Both the position numbers and the translations under genes were made by a program. The notes under the pieces are model-generated. The model was not told where the DNA came from and searched no databases. It saw only the letters and a program-made list of their open reading frames with translations. A DNA stretch of 63,894 bases, the filler included, from Octopus bimaculoides (Eukaryota): assembly GCF_001194135.2 (NCBI RefSeq). It is 6 parts of 6 records of this genome, joined end to end, with 100 filler letters (N's around TTAATTAATTAA, not from the genome) between each part and the next. Parts side by side here need not be neighbours in the genome. Positions count along the whole stretch, not along the records: positions 12,840 to 38,871 come from NC_069004.1; positions 38,972 to 56,752 come from NC_068994.1; 4 more parts are not named here. The stretch is one strand, 5' to 3'. The first letter of the stretch is position 1. Every line of letters begins with the position of its first letter. Of the stretch, positions 36,598 to 48,528 are shown piece after piece.

Positions 36598-37215
36598 ATA
36601 TATATATATATANNNNNNNNNNNNNNNNNNNNNNNNNNNNNNNNNNNNNNNNNNNNNNNNNNNNNNNNNNNNNNNNNNNNNNNNNNNNNNNNNNNNNNNN
36701 NNNNNNNNNNNNNNNNNNNNNNNNNNNNNNNNNNNNNNNNNNNNNNNNNNNNNNNNNNNNNNNNNNNNNNNNNNNNNNNNNNNNNNNNNNNNNNNNNNNN
36801 NNNNNNNNNNNNNNNNNNNNNNNNNNNNNNNNNNNNNNNNNNNNNNNNNNNNNNNNNNNNNNNNNNNNNNNNNNNNNNNNNNNNNNNNNNNNNNNNNNNN
36901 NNNNNNNNNNNNNNNNNNNNNNNNNNNNNNNNNNNNNNNNNNNNNNNNNNNNNNNNNNNNNNNNNNNNNNNNNNNNNNNNNNNNNNNNNNNNNNNNNNNN
37001 NNNNNNNNNNNNNNNNNNNNNNNNNNNNNNNNNNNNNNNNNNNNNNNNNNNNNNNNNNNNNNNNNNNNNNNNNNNNNNNNNNNNNNNNNNNNNNNNNNNN
37101 NNNNNNNNNNNNNNNNNNNNNNNNNNNNNNNNNNNNNNNNNNNNNNNNNATATATATATATATATATACATATATATTTATATACATATGACAGTGATAG
37201 CACTCTAAAAATACC

Positions 37216-37246
<31 letters not shown>

Positions 37247-37264
37247 GGTGTGTGCGTTCGTGTC

Positions 37265-37484
37265 TGTGTTTGTCCCCAATCACCATTTGTGAACCGGTGC
37301 TCGTGAGTTTACATCCTCGTAACGTTAGCCGTTCGACAAAATAGTCTGATAGAAAAAGTGCCAAACTCCAGACATCGAAACCAAAAGAACTGGGACCGAT
37401 TCGTTCGACTAGAATTTCTTCAATGCCTTGTTCCTCCAGAATGGCCGCAGTGTAATAACTGGAACGAGTAAAGGATAAAAGAAA
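37265..37484 (+). mobile_element. SINE family B 3' half
   Basis: gtttacatcctcgtaacgttagccgttcgac...gggaccgattcgttcgact...ccagaatggccgcagtgtaataactggaacgagtaaaggataaaaga. Confidence 0.75.
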
Positions 37485-38054
37485 TTCGTGTGCATGTGCA
37501 TGTATATCACAGTGTGTGCGTATATATATGTGTGTGTGTGTATGTGTGTGCGTATATATGTGTGTGCGTGTATGTGTGTGTGTGAGTGGAACTAAAAGTA
37601 AAATATTCTATTAAAAATATACAAATTTTCTTCTCTTTGTTTTCTTTTTGCTATCAGTTTCTTTGTCTGTCTGTCTGTCTGTCAGTGTATTTCTCTCTCT
37701 TTCTCTCTCACATACACACACACCCAATCATTCACCCACTCTCTCTCTCTCTCTCTCTCTCACGCGCACACACATTTTCCCTTGTCAATGGCATCGTGTT
37801 TGTTTTAAGAAAACTAGGACAAAACAAAAGAAAAAATAAACAAAACGAAAATACCAGTCGCAGCAGCAGCAGCAGTAGCAGCAGCAACACGATACAAACA
37901 AATCTCAAAGAAAAACGGAAGCTGCCAAAACAAAATGGTGGAATGAAAAATATCAAATTAATATGGTGTATTCTTTTTAATCCTGTCTTCATTGTTTACC
38001 AAATTGATAAGCATAACCAGTAAGAACTCAGATATGCTGTTATAAGTGTTCTGT

Positions 38055-38111
<57 letters not shown>

Positions 38112-38312
38112 AAACATCTGTTTTCTTTATAAGCGCCAAAATGTGTAAATAGATACAAATAGCTAGAATATATAATATATATATATACATATATATATAA
38201 TATCATATTATATATATATGTTTAAAAAATATATATATATATATACATACACACATATATATACATATATATATATACATAATATGTATATATATTATTT
38301 TCTATATATACT

Positions 38313-38343
<31 letters not shown>

Positions 38344-38871
38344 CACGTGTATATTTTTATAAACAAACATTTTTTCTTTATAAGCGGCAAAATGTGTAAA
38401 TAGATACAAATAGTTAGAACACGCGAGCACACACACATACATATATATACATAATATATACTATTTCATATATATATATAGATATGTGTGTGTGTGTGTG
38501 TGTGTGTATTCAAATATTGAACAACTGGTCTTTTGATTAAGTCGTCCGCAAAAGCGAAAGATAAAATAAAAACGAAGGCGTTATAGAATCGAGCAAAAAT
38601 AAACAACAACAAAAAAATGCATAAAAAAGAAAAGAAGAAAAACCTATACGAAAGAAATTTTTGCGAATTAATCAGGAAAGGATTCCAATATTAAACCACC
38701 TCCCACTTTTCCTCCTCTTTCTCTCCACGCCACTAAGTCTCCTATCATCAATTTATTTTGTTTAGTCTATGCATTTGTTTATTATTACTATATATATCTA
38801 TATCTATATATATATATAATTAGATATATAATATAATTAGATATATATATATATAATATAATTATATATAT

Positions 38872-38971
38872 NNNNNNNNNNNNNNNNNNNNNNNNNNNNN
38901 NNNNNNNNNNNNNNNTTAATTAATTAANNNNNNNNNNNNNNNNNNNNNNNNNNNNNNNNNNNNNNNNNNNN
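38872..38971. other. Artificial scaffold-joining spacer
   Basis: TTAATTAATTAA at 38916-38927 with 44 N each side. Confidence 0.95.
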
Positions 38972-39990
38972 AAGTTTCCTTTCACAGTCATTAAGGTTAC
39001 ACATGTCCATTACAAACTGAAACTGTTCAAAGTAAAGCAACAAGCACAAACAAAACAATAATGTAAGGAGAAAAGAAAAAAAAAGAACAAAAAGATCTAC
39101 CTTTCCCCTTGGTTACAAGCACACACACACACACCACTACCACCACCACACCACCACCACCTTCTTAATGAAACTTGAACCTCTTTCTTGAAAGACAAAT
39201 AGAAAAAAAAAAATTAAGAGACCTGTTTCCCTTTCTGTTTTTCTTTATTCCTCACCCTCCTTACTTTCTTTCACTTAAAAACCAATATCCTTCTTGAAAC
39301 ACACACACACACACACACACACTCAGGTAAACCCATAGACGCATGTACATACACATCCCTACAAATGCACACATATAAGTACATACACCTATGCACATTA
39401 ACAAATCTCAAACACCTGTAGACACATGTGCACACACAACCTTTTTAACCAAAAGCCTATCCTTGTTATTATTATCATCATCATCATCATCATCACTATT
39501 GATTTTTCTTTATACAAACCTCCACTGGTTGTTTTATTCATTCATTGGTTTCAGCCACTGTGGCCATGTCTGGGCTACACCCTTCAGGGTATTTAAGTAT
39601 ATCATGTCAACCACTATACTTATTGATCTCTAGTTATCAAATAGCTTGATTACTTTTTGTTTTTGTACAAAGGAAGGCAACTCAACATGCCATTTAACAC
39701 CAGTACACTTACATGCACACAAGCACACCCACACAAATATACAAATCTATAGGACAGAATCCAGAATTGGACTGATCCAGTGTAGATCTCTGTCTAGATC
39801 GATTCAAAGGAATTATAATGATAAAAGTTAAACACAGCTATCAAGTGTGTGTGTATGCTTGATATATGTGTATATATGCTCGATAGCTACCTTCTACACT
39901 CCTATTTTTCCATCAAAAACTTCCATTGAACATCCTTCTAATTGATTTTTCTTGCTTTTTCCTTTTTTATTTCAAAATTTTTTATTTGTC

Positions 39991-40080
<90 letters not shown>

Positions 40081-40151
40081 TAAATATCAAACAATGAGAA
40101 TGAGTGCTCAACACTGCACTATTGGATAAAGATTCTTTATTTGTGGAGTAT

Positions 40152-40331
40152 GGCTACCATTGGTTTCATGTTAAGGAAGCCCTTAACAATTATCCAGCCT
40201 ATCACAGGGAATATCATTGTTTGCCTCTGTTTTGGATTAAATTTAAACCAAAATGGCTACAAACATCAATGTTCTCTGTGATAGGTTTGAAAAGTGTTAA
40301 GAACTTTTTTAACACAAAACTAATGGTAGCC
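40152..40331. repeat. 180-bp gapless imperfect palindrome (fold-back MITE-like, GGCTACC termini)
   Basis: 90-bp arms align with no indels about the centre 40241/40242; 22 mismatches by my hand count. Confidence 0.85.
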
Positions 40332-40347
40332 TTAATCCACAAATAAG

Positions 40348-40434
<87 letters not shown>

Positions 40435-41101
40435 AGAGAGGTTTGACAAGGCTTCAATGTATCCAAGGACTGCACCATGCTCTAATGTCTGATTTGTCAT
40501 GGTTTTTACAGCTGAATACCCTTCCCAATGCCATCCACTTTATAGGCATATTGGGTGCTTTTTATGTGCTACTGGCATTATTGAGTTGCCATATATACAT
40601 TGAGCTTCTTTCAATTTCCCCTCTATCAAATCCGTTTTCAATGATTTGGTCACCCTCGGGTTACAGTGGTAGGCACTTGCCCAAGGTGCCATTCTGTGGG
40701 ATTGAACCCCAAAGTACATGGTCGGGAATCTAACTTCATCACACACACACATGCCTTAAATATGATCGTGCAGACCTACATCTAACACATTTAAGACCAT
40801 ATGTTGAACTTCAAAGGGGATTTAGCTGCTATTTCCAGTTAATCAATCCATGATGTGGAACTTCCTTAAAAAAGCCTGTATGTTGGTTTTTTTTATGAAG
40901 TGAACTAATATGACATTTTGTCATTTACTAGAAGTTGTCTAATTAGCAGGCAGGCAATTACATTAATTAATTTCAGGGATGGTGAAAATGGTCGTTAATT
41001 CTTTTCTCTTGGGTTTTTAACATATTAAGTGAAACAAGGGTTACGTTTCAACAAAGTGAACCCTGGTCACCTGTTACTTAATACAATTATTCCACAATGC
41101 T

Positions 41102-41138
<37 letters not shown>

Positions 41139-41542
41139 CATACTTACATAGATACAGCAAACTTTTCTAGGAAACATTCTCAACAAGACAATCCCATCTT
41201 TTATTCAGACATAGTCATAGTCCATCTAGGATTACATTATGCATTATGTAATATGTCATTCCAGTTTTTTTTTGTTTTTTTAAAGAAATTTGGGTGTGAT
41301 TTGATGATATTCTTTTCCAGGTCAGCTTTTATCGAGTAGGCCTATGATCAAAGTATTCCAGTCATGACCATCCCTTCTTATTTTTCAATAACATACCCCA
41401 AGAACTGTATTATTCAATGTGTCTTTCCTGTTTTTTTTTTTTNNNNNNNNNNTTTTTTTTTTGAGGCGGTAAAATATTGTTTGAGAGGAATTGGGCTGCT
41501 ATTTCTAACAGGTTAAATATCTATATAATAGCTTACTCTTGT

Positions 41543-41879
41543 GAAGGCGCATGGCTCAGTGGTTAGAGCGTTGAGCTTACGATCTCGAGGTTGTGAGTTC
41601 GAATCTCGAACCGGGCTGCGTGTTGTGTTCCTGAGCAAGAGACTTTATTTCACGTTGCTCCAGTTCACTCAGCTGTAGAAATGAGTTGCGACGTCACAGG
41701 TGCCACGCTGTATTGGCCCCTTTGCCTTTCCCTTGGATAACATTGGTGGCGTGGAGAGGGAAGGCTGGTATGCATGGGTGACTGCTGGGTCTTCCATAAA
41801 CAACCTTGCCCGGACTTGTACCTGGGAGGGTAACTTCTTTGGTGCAATCCCATGGTCAGTCATGACCGAAGGGGGTCTC
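41543..41879 (+). mobile_element. SINE family D (tRNA-derived, CORE-like domain)
   Basis: A-box tggctcagtggtt, B-box gagttcgaatc, CORE-like tgtgttcctgagcaagagactttatttcacgttgctccagttcactcagctgtagaaatg. Confidence 0.88.
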
Positions 41880-44301
41880 CGAGCTTCCTCTTCTTTACCT
41901 TGAAATTTTATCAATTGACCCAACTATTCTTGAAAGTAGGTGATGTGTATCTAGCATGTTAGAGGGTATAATTTCATTTGCTTGTTGTAGGGTCAGTCTT
42001 ATTCCTTCATTTTTGGGGGATATGCAGAATTCTGTCAATGTGTGTAAACCTCACTATTAGCAACTCTTTTTTAATGCCATCAAAGATCACAGCTGCCGTC
42101 TGCTTCACCACAGTTTTTTCATTCACTAATACAAGACTTTTGTGCCATTTTATCTGTCAGAATTCTTACATTTCTCATTGAAATCTGTCCATCACAATAT
42201 GTTGACTGATGATGACAAACAGGATTGAAGAATGAAATTCTCCGACCATCAGTCTCTGCCATGTTCTATATTAATCTTACCCTCATGTTTCCTGTGCTAC
42301 ACCTAAAATACTTCATTCACTGTTTTATGTTCAGATCCTTTTCGCCCCCTTTATTCCCTAAAAGTTATTCTCTTGACCTTCACTCACACTCTTTCATCAA
42401 TCTCATTAACTCTCATCTCTTTATTTTTTAGCATCCTTTTTCACTCTGGTATCTCTCTCTCTCTCTCTCTCTCATTTTATCATATTACCTCTCCACTTAC
42501 CCTTGTCTGTCGAAGAGTTACTCTCTCTACATCATCTCTCTTACCCATGCTAGCTTTCTCGAAAATTATAAACAATTTATTAAAAATAACTTTTCCGGTA
42601 TTAAGAACGTAAATATTTAGATATTTGGAACATAAATTAAGTATGATGTTTAGAGGGAAGATTTTAATTCAAATTATTTCAAACCTGGAAGTTTATATTA
42701 TCAGAGACCAAAAATTATCTTGGTTGGGTTGGCATCAAAAGGGTTAATAATCTCCTGCCTAGTTTAATTCTACCACTTGGCTCTTGTATATCTTTGAGAT
42801 TCAGCTTAGAAAACTACATTAATGTACCAAATTTTAAAATCTTCAATAAACTTTGAATTTTCGAAAATTGACACCAAATCTGTTTTCTACTCCTTTTGTA
42901 TATGTGTATGTCCCTTGGTTGCTAGAAGAAGCTTAGGACAACTGTCGTACTAATGATGCCTATTGAGGCAGAAGCACATATCCGTAGCTGTCCACTTATC
43001 TCCAGAGAATAAAACCATCCTTTTCCTTATTTGAAAAATTCTTGATTCTTGAGGTTATCTCCCTTTCTCACAAGGAGCTCTTCCCAAATGTCATCTGGTA
43101 ATTGTGAAGAATTTATGCTTTAATATACCTGTCTGTATTTGCCTGTATATTTAGGTCTCCAGTTTTGAGTTGTCTTTCCAATTCCAAGTTCATAATTGAG
43201 TAGAGAAAAACAAAACAAAACCAAAAATACAAAAACAAACAAAAAAAGGTCACAAGACTATTCTCTTCCTGTTTGTGACTAAGATGGTTAAAAAATAAAC
43301 ATAAACAAAAAAAAAATAATACGACAACATAAAGAGAACAACTTGTTTTCTGCAATTCAATTCATAAACATTTGTAGTGGTGATTTTGAAAGGAGGGCAG
43401 CAGAGGCATCGGAGGAGAATCAGAAAGGGGGAGGTGTACGATGGCTGACGGGGAGGGGGGATAGGGTATTCAGTAAAAGGAAAATCTCCAATTAGTATTT
43501 TCCTGCCTTTGTGTGTCATCAGAATCATCATCATCATCGTCGTTGTCATCATCATGGTTATCAACAACTCATGAAAATGTAATTATATAAATCAATGTCA
43601 ACCAAGGGAGAGGCTATCTATCTTTTTACTTAGCTGGAGCTGTTCGGAGTGAATAGAGTCTCAGTTGTCTTTCTCCTTTAGTCAGCAGACTGCTAAATAC
43701 TAAAATTATTCCTCCAACCCCAATCCTTTTCTTTCTACTAATCCTAAATCTTTCCTTTCATTCTCCCCTNNNNNNNNNNGCCACAACATCACCACCAACC
43801 CCTTGTCTTTATTCCATCCTTTCTTTCCATCTCTCTTGCTCCCCCCCCCACTCCGCCTCCGCCTCTCTTCTTGCCTGTGTATCAGAGACAGAGATGGTTG
43901 GAGGGAATGGAGAAAGAGAAAAAGAGAGAGAGAGAGAGAGAGGGGGGGCCTCTCTTTTGCCCCACCCCCACCCTTTCCATTAGCATTCCATCCTTCTTCC
44001 TTTCTTTCTTTCTCTCTCACCTCCTTTTCCCCAGCTATGCAAGCCCCTTTGTCTAGTCAGCCAGCCAACCAGCCAGCCAGCTAGCCAGCCATCCATCCAA
44101 GTTAGTCAGTAAATATTAGTTGTGCTTGTTCTCTATCATTGATAACATTGTCTACATTGGTTGGCCGGCTGGCTGGTATGGTTGGTTGGTGATTTAGCAC
44201 TTTCTGTGAACTCTGACTACATTAAATTTGTGTGTGCTCGCGTGCGCGCGTGCGCACAGGTCTTCTATGTGTGTATGATGTGGTTTGGTGTTTGTATGTG
44301 A

Positions 44302-44335
<34 letters not shown>

Positions 44336-44559
44336 CTCTTTCCTTTTATTGTATAATAACAAATTTGCAAATAACTCTCTCTCTGTCTCTTGCAAAATCT
44401 CTATCACAAAACTTAACCCTCTAACACCTTAGCTGATCAAAAAAAACCTTACTCCCCCCCCCCCCCGACAATCCTCACCATCATAATCTATCTCCTCAGC
44501 ATCTTTGACATCATTTATCAATGTTTCTCCCCACTCCGTCCCCCACGGTCATCCTAAAC

Positions 44560-44935
44560 ATCATCATCATCGTGCTAATCAATTGATTTTTCACTTTTCT
44601 CAATATAATTTATCAGATGTTTTTATCATCGTCATCATCATCATCATCATCTCACTAATCATTTCATTTTCATTGTTCTTGATATTAGAGATGGGTTTGT
44701 TTGTTTTGTTTTGTTTTTTTTTGTCAAAATCGACATCATCATCATCATTGTAATTTTCATAATCTTTATCGTCATCGTAGCTTTCGTCGCCATTAGCATC
44801 AGCATCATCATAAGCCATTCACCAGCATCATCATCATCATCATTCAGTCTCATTGTTTTTAATGTTATCATAGATGTTTTTGCCATCATCACCATCACCA
44901 TTATCATCATCACCATCATCATTATCATCACTTCA
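44560..44935. repeat. Degenerate (ATC)n trinucleotide field
   Basis: Long catcat/atcatc tracts; source of the Ile-, Met- and Asp-rich ORFs. Confidence 0.85.
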
Positions 44936-45066
44936 TCCTCAACAGATCACCACATCATTCTTACAATGTTGTAATAAACCTTCAAAGATATTCAGATTTC
45001 TGAAGGTGTCCAAATCTAGAATTTATTGGGTGTTAAGTTTAACATGCCATCTTATTCTCACAGCCA

Positions 45067-45103
<37 letters not shown>

Positions 45104-45425
45104 GTTGTTGTTGTTGTTGTATAGCTCTGATCTTTGGATGCTTTTAGCAGAATTCAACTCATTGGCAACTATTCCAATCTTTTACATTTACTTATTTCAC
45201 ATATTGATTTTTTTTGTATTTTCTGTATTTTCATTTATTTAATCAATCTCATTCTGGAACAAAAGGAGAATGGAATGTAGGCAAAAATTACTCTTCCTCT
45301 TCCTCCTTCATATCTTTTCAGTTTTTTTTTTTTTTTGTCCTACTTTCACTTTCTCTTCCTCTTCCTTTCTTTAAGCAAACCTTGAGTTTAAAATATTTAT
45401 TGCAATTTAATTAATTATCACTTAA

Positions 45426-45638
45426 CTCTTTAACATACAAATTACTCTCTGAAATGTCAAATGCTTTTTTTATTCACACAGTTTTGAATTAATCATGTAT
45501 TATCGCTTAGCTTTGAGATTTCATTGATGTGACTGCTTATTTCTTGAATGACATTGTCGGGTAGATGTGAGAGGCCAGATCTGGCTGGTAGGAACATAAA
45601 ACGAGTAAAATATTTGGGCCAGTATTGTCAGTTTAAAT
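45426..45638 (-). mobile_element. piggyBac-type MITE, older inverted copy of the 46215 element, interrupted near its end
   Basis: Starts ttaa|ctcttt and aligns to the reverse complement of 46215-46438; cut at 45639 by a hAT-like end, cagtggttcccaaa. Confidence 0.65.
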
Positions 45639-45730
45639 CAGTGGTTCCCAAAGTGGGCAGCATTCCCCCCCCCCTGGGTGTGGTGGAAAGTTCTAAGTAT
45701 TCAGATAGACTTTACACGGTGCTCTACAAG

Positions 45731-45833
45731 CTCTTTATCTAGAAGGGTACTAACCTTGATAATGGCTTCAAATTTTGGCACAGGGCCAACATTTGAAGCC
45801 ATTATCAAGGTTAGTACCCTTCTAGATAAAGAG
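45731..45833. repeat. Perfect 43-bp inverted repeat forming a 103-nt hairpin
   Basis: 45731-45773 is the exact reverse complement of 45791-45833; an inner ttggc/gccaa stem and a 5-nt loop close the hairpin. Confidence 0.95.
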
Positions 45834-45857
45834 ACTTCGCCTTTCAACCCAAATATT

Positions 45858-45995
45858 TGACTGGTACTTATTTTCAACCATAAAAGGTTGAAAGGCAAAG
45901 TCAACCTCAGCGGAATCTGAGCTCAGAAAATAAAGACAGATGAAATTTTGCTAAGCATTTTGTCTGGCATGCTAATGGTTCTGCCAGCTTCCTTC
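45858..45995 (-). mobile_element. SINE family A, CpG-decayed
   Basis: ctggtacttatttt...gaaaggcaaagtcaacctcagcggaatctgagctcag...gctaagcattttgtctggcatgctaatggttctgccagc. Confidence 0.8.
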
Positions 45996-46214
45996 CGTAC
46001 TAAGCTTGAATAATAACTGATATAGGATAACGAGAGCTCTTTAAATCTCTTTGCATGAGATTCTGTCTCTCTCCCTCTTGGGTGCTGGTGGCCCAATAAA
46101 ATGCACCCAGTGATAGGAAGGGTACATAGTCATTGAAAAACATACCAAAATTAAATGTATGAACAAGATTGGAATACTGGGTTGTACAAGCTGTAGACTT
46201 GCATATGGCTTTAA

Positions 46215-46438
46215 CCCTTTAGCATTTAAACCGGCCATATCCGGCCAAAAGTACTCTGCCTATTCTATGTTCAAACTGGATAGATCTGGTCTCTCACATC
46301 AACCCTACAATATCGTTTTAAAAATTAACAGCTACCTCATCAAAATCTCATAGCTACGAGATAATGCATGATTAGTTCAAAATAATGTGGGGAAAAAAAA
46401 AGCATTAATTATGGCAGAATAATGTGAACACTAAAGGG
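46215..46438 (+). mobile_element. piggyBac-type MITE (224 bp)
   Basis: TTAA|CCCTTTAG...CTAAAGGG|TTAA: TTAA target duplication (46211-46214 and 46439-46442) and CCC/GGG termini. Confidence 0.85.
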
Positions 46439-47139
46439 TTAAGCACCTCACATTCTCTGGGTAGGGTTAGTTTTAGATTATCATAATTAATTGTTGTTGT
46501 CTTCACCAATGGATAGCCCACTCATCAACCAGGGCCTCCTTCAGTTGCTCTCTCAAAGGCACACTGAAAGCTGACCTGATTTTTGCAAGACAAAGGTATG
46601 TCAATTTTCTGCTTACCTGCTCTTCTTGGTCATATTCCCCAGGCACAGAAAATATGCTGATATGCTTGCTCTTTTATGAAATATCACTGCTATGTTTCTT
46701 GTATATGTCTAGAAATGGTTAGGGGGAGGACAAAATGTTAACAAAAACTGCTTCTGAAGCCAATAACCTTTATGCTAGGCGAAATTTGTGCATGTGTGCA
46801 CACATACATGTGTGTGCACATATGTGCATCAGAGAGAGTAATGATGTTGTTTGCTTTCTGCTGCAAATATCTAAGTCAATATATACATCAATATCTGTCA
46901 ATTTTTTTTTTTTTTTGCTCTTTATATGTGTGTGTTTGTTTGTTTGTTTGATGGTGTTAGCATTTTGTCTATTTTCATTTTCCCCACTTCTTTAAAATCT
47001 ATGTTAATATTTTGTTGTTTTTCTTCCACAAATGTTTGGCTGGGAAAGGTTGTGTATTTGTTTAACTTGTGCAAAATAGCAGCACAAGTAAACATGTCTT
47101 GCCAGCACAAGAATCAATAATAATAATAATAACTGTTTC

Positions 47140-47875
47140 TAATATAGTCAGAAGGCCTGGTGTTTTGAGAGGTGAGGACAGTCAATAACAACCAACCCCA
47201 GTACTTCACTGGTACTTTATTTTAACCAAAAGATGAACAGTAAATCTGACCTTGGCAGGATAAGAATTCAAAATAAGAATGCAAAGAAGCAGAAGGAAAT
47301 ATCCCAAGACATTTTTTATTCAATGCTTGAACTTGACAATCTATTTTATTTTATTGAATCTGGAAAGCTAAAAGACAAAGTTTGCTTTGGTTGCATTTGA
47401 ACACAAAACGTACAGAGTTGGAATAAATACAGGATATTTTGTGGAATATTCAAATGAGGCTACCAGGCCCTTTATAATAATGATAATAAAGGTGAAGGCG
47501 CATGGGACTAGTCGATTACATTGACCCTCGAGTTTCACTGGTTAATTTATTGACCCTGGAAGGATGAAAGGCAAAGTCAATCTCAGTGGAATTTGAACTC
47601 AGAATGTAGTGACAGGTGAAATACAATAATAATAATGATAACAATAATAATAATGATAGTTTCAAATTTTTATCACAAGGGCAGCAAATTTTGGGGGAGG
47701 GGATGAGCCGATTACATTGACCCCCAGTGTTCAACTGGTACTTATTTTATTGACCCTGAGAGGATGAAAGGTAAAGTCGACCTTAGCGGAATTTGAACTC
47801 AGAATGTAGTGATAGGCAAGATACTGCTAAGCATCTCATCCAGCACACTAATGATTCTGCCAGGTCGCTGCCTTA
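47140..47875 (-). mobile_element. Cluster of old family A SINE copies (about 47140-47310, 47510-47625, 47661-47875)
   Basis: Repeated ctggtacttattt...ggatgaaaggcaaagtc...ggaatttgaactcagaatg, separated by (AAT)n. Confidence 0.8.
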
Positions 47876-48528
47876 CAATAATAATAATAATAACAATAAA
47901 TAATAATAATAATAATATCAATAACATTGAAAACCAAAGAGGCTAAAATCAAAACAAAAGTATGAGTAGAAGTGTGAGGGAAGGTAGGGTGGCAAAGGTG
48001 AGAAAAGTTCTAAGCCCTTTTTGTTTGGTTCATTGTTCTTTACAGCAGCATACCATTTAACACCCTGCCCCATTCCTTTGCCCCCCACCCATGCCCTCCA
48101 CTTCAGTTCACTCCTGCCTGGTTCTACTCTAGTATATAACCTAGTGCTTGTACCACTATCACCAACATCTCCACCACCTCCAGCCTAGCCATTCTGCTCC
48201 AACACAACACACTCTCCCCACTCACACATTGCTCCTGCTGGCCTGTCTGTCTGTGTCATGTCTGTAATGTTTAGTCATTTAGAGAAAGCCTATTGATCTC
48301 TCGCCCCCCCCACCCCTTCCTCCCCGCTCGTTCTCTCTCTCTCCCCAGCCCTTGCAAGTAAGGAGGCCCATTTGATGACACTTATTGTTGTTCTTCCACT
48401 GCAATTAGATTACATACTTCAAAAAGAAAGATGGAAAGAAGTAATAGATAAACAAATTAATGAAATATCTCAGGAGGCAACACCTTCCTTAGACATTCTC
48501 CTCTGCCCACTACGCCAGGGACTTAGGC

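Noticed and set aside
41543-41615. tRNA genes (also 28243, 48899)
   Set aside because: A and B boxes are present but continue into multi-copy SINE bodies; no clean cloverleaf or terminator.
41925-43110. RTE endonuclease relic on the minus strand
   Set aside because: Only faint matches (e.g. NEGIRL); too degenerate to support.
44600-44974. Asp-rich and Met/Ile-rich ORFs
   Set aside because: Translations of a degenerate (ATC)n field; no splice or compositional support.
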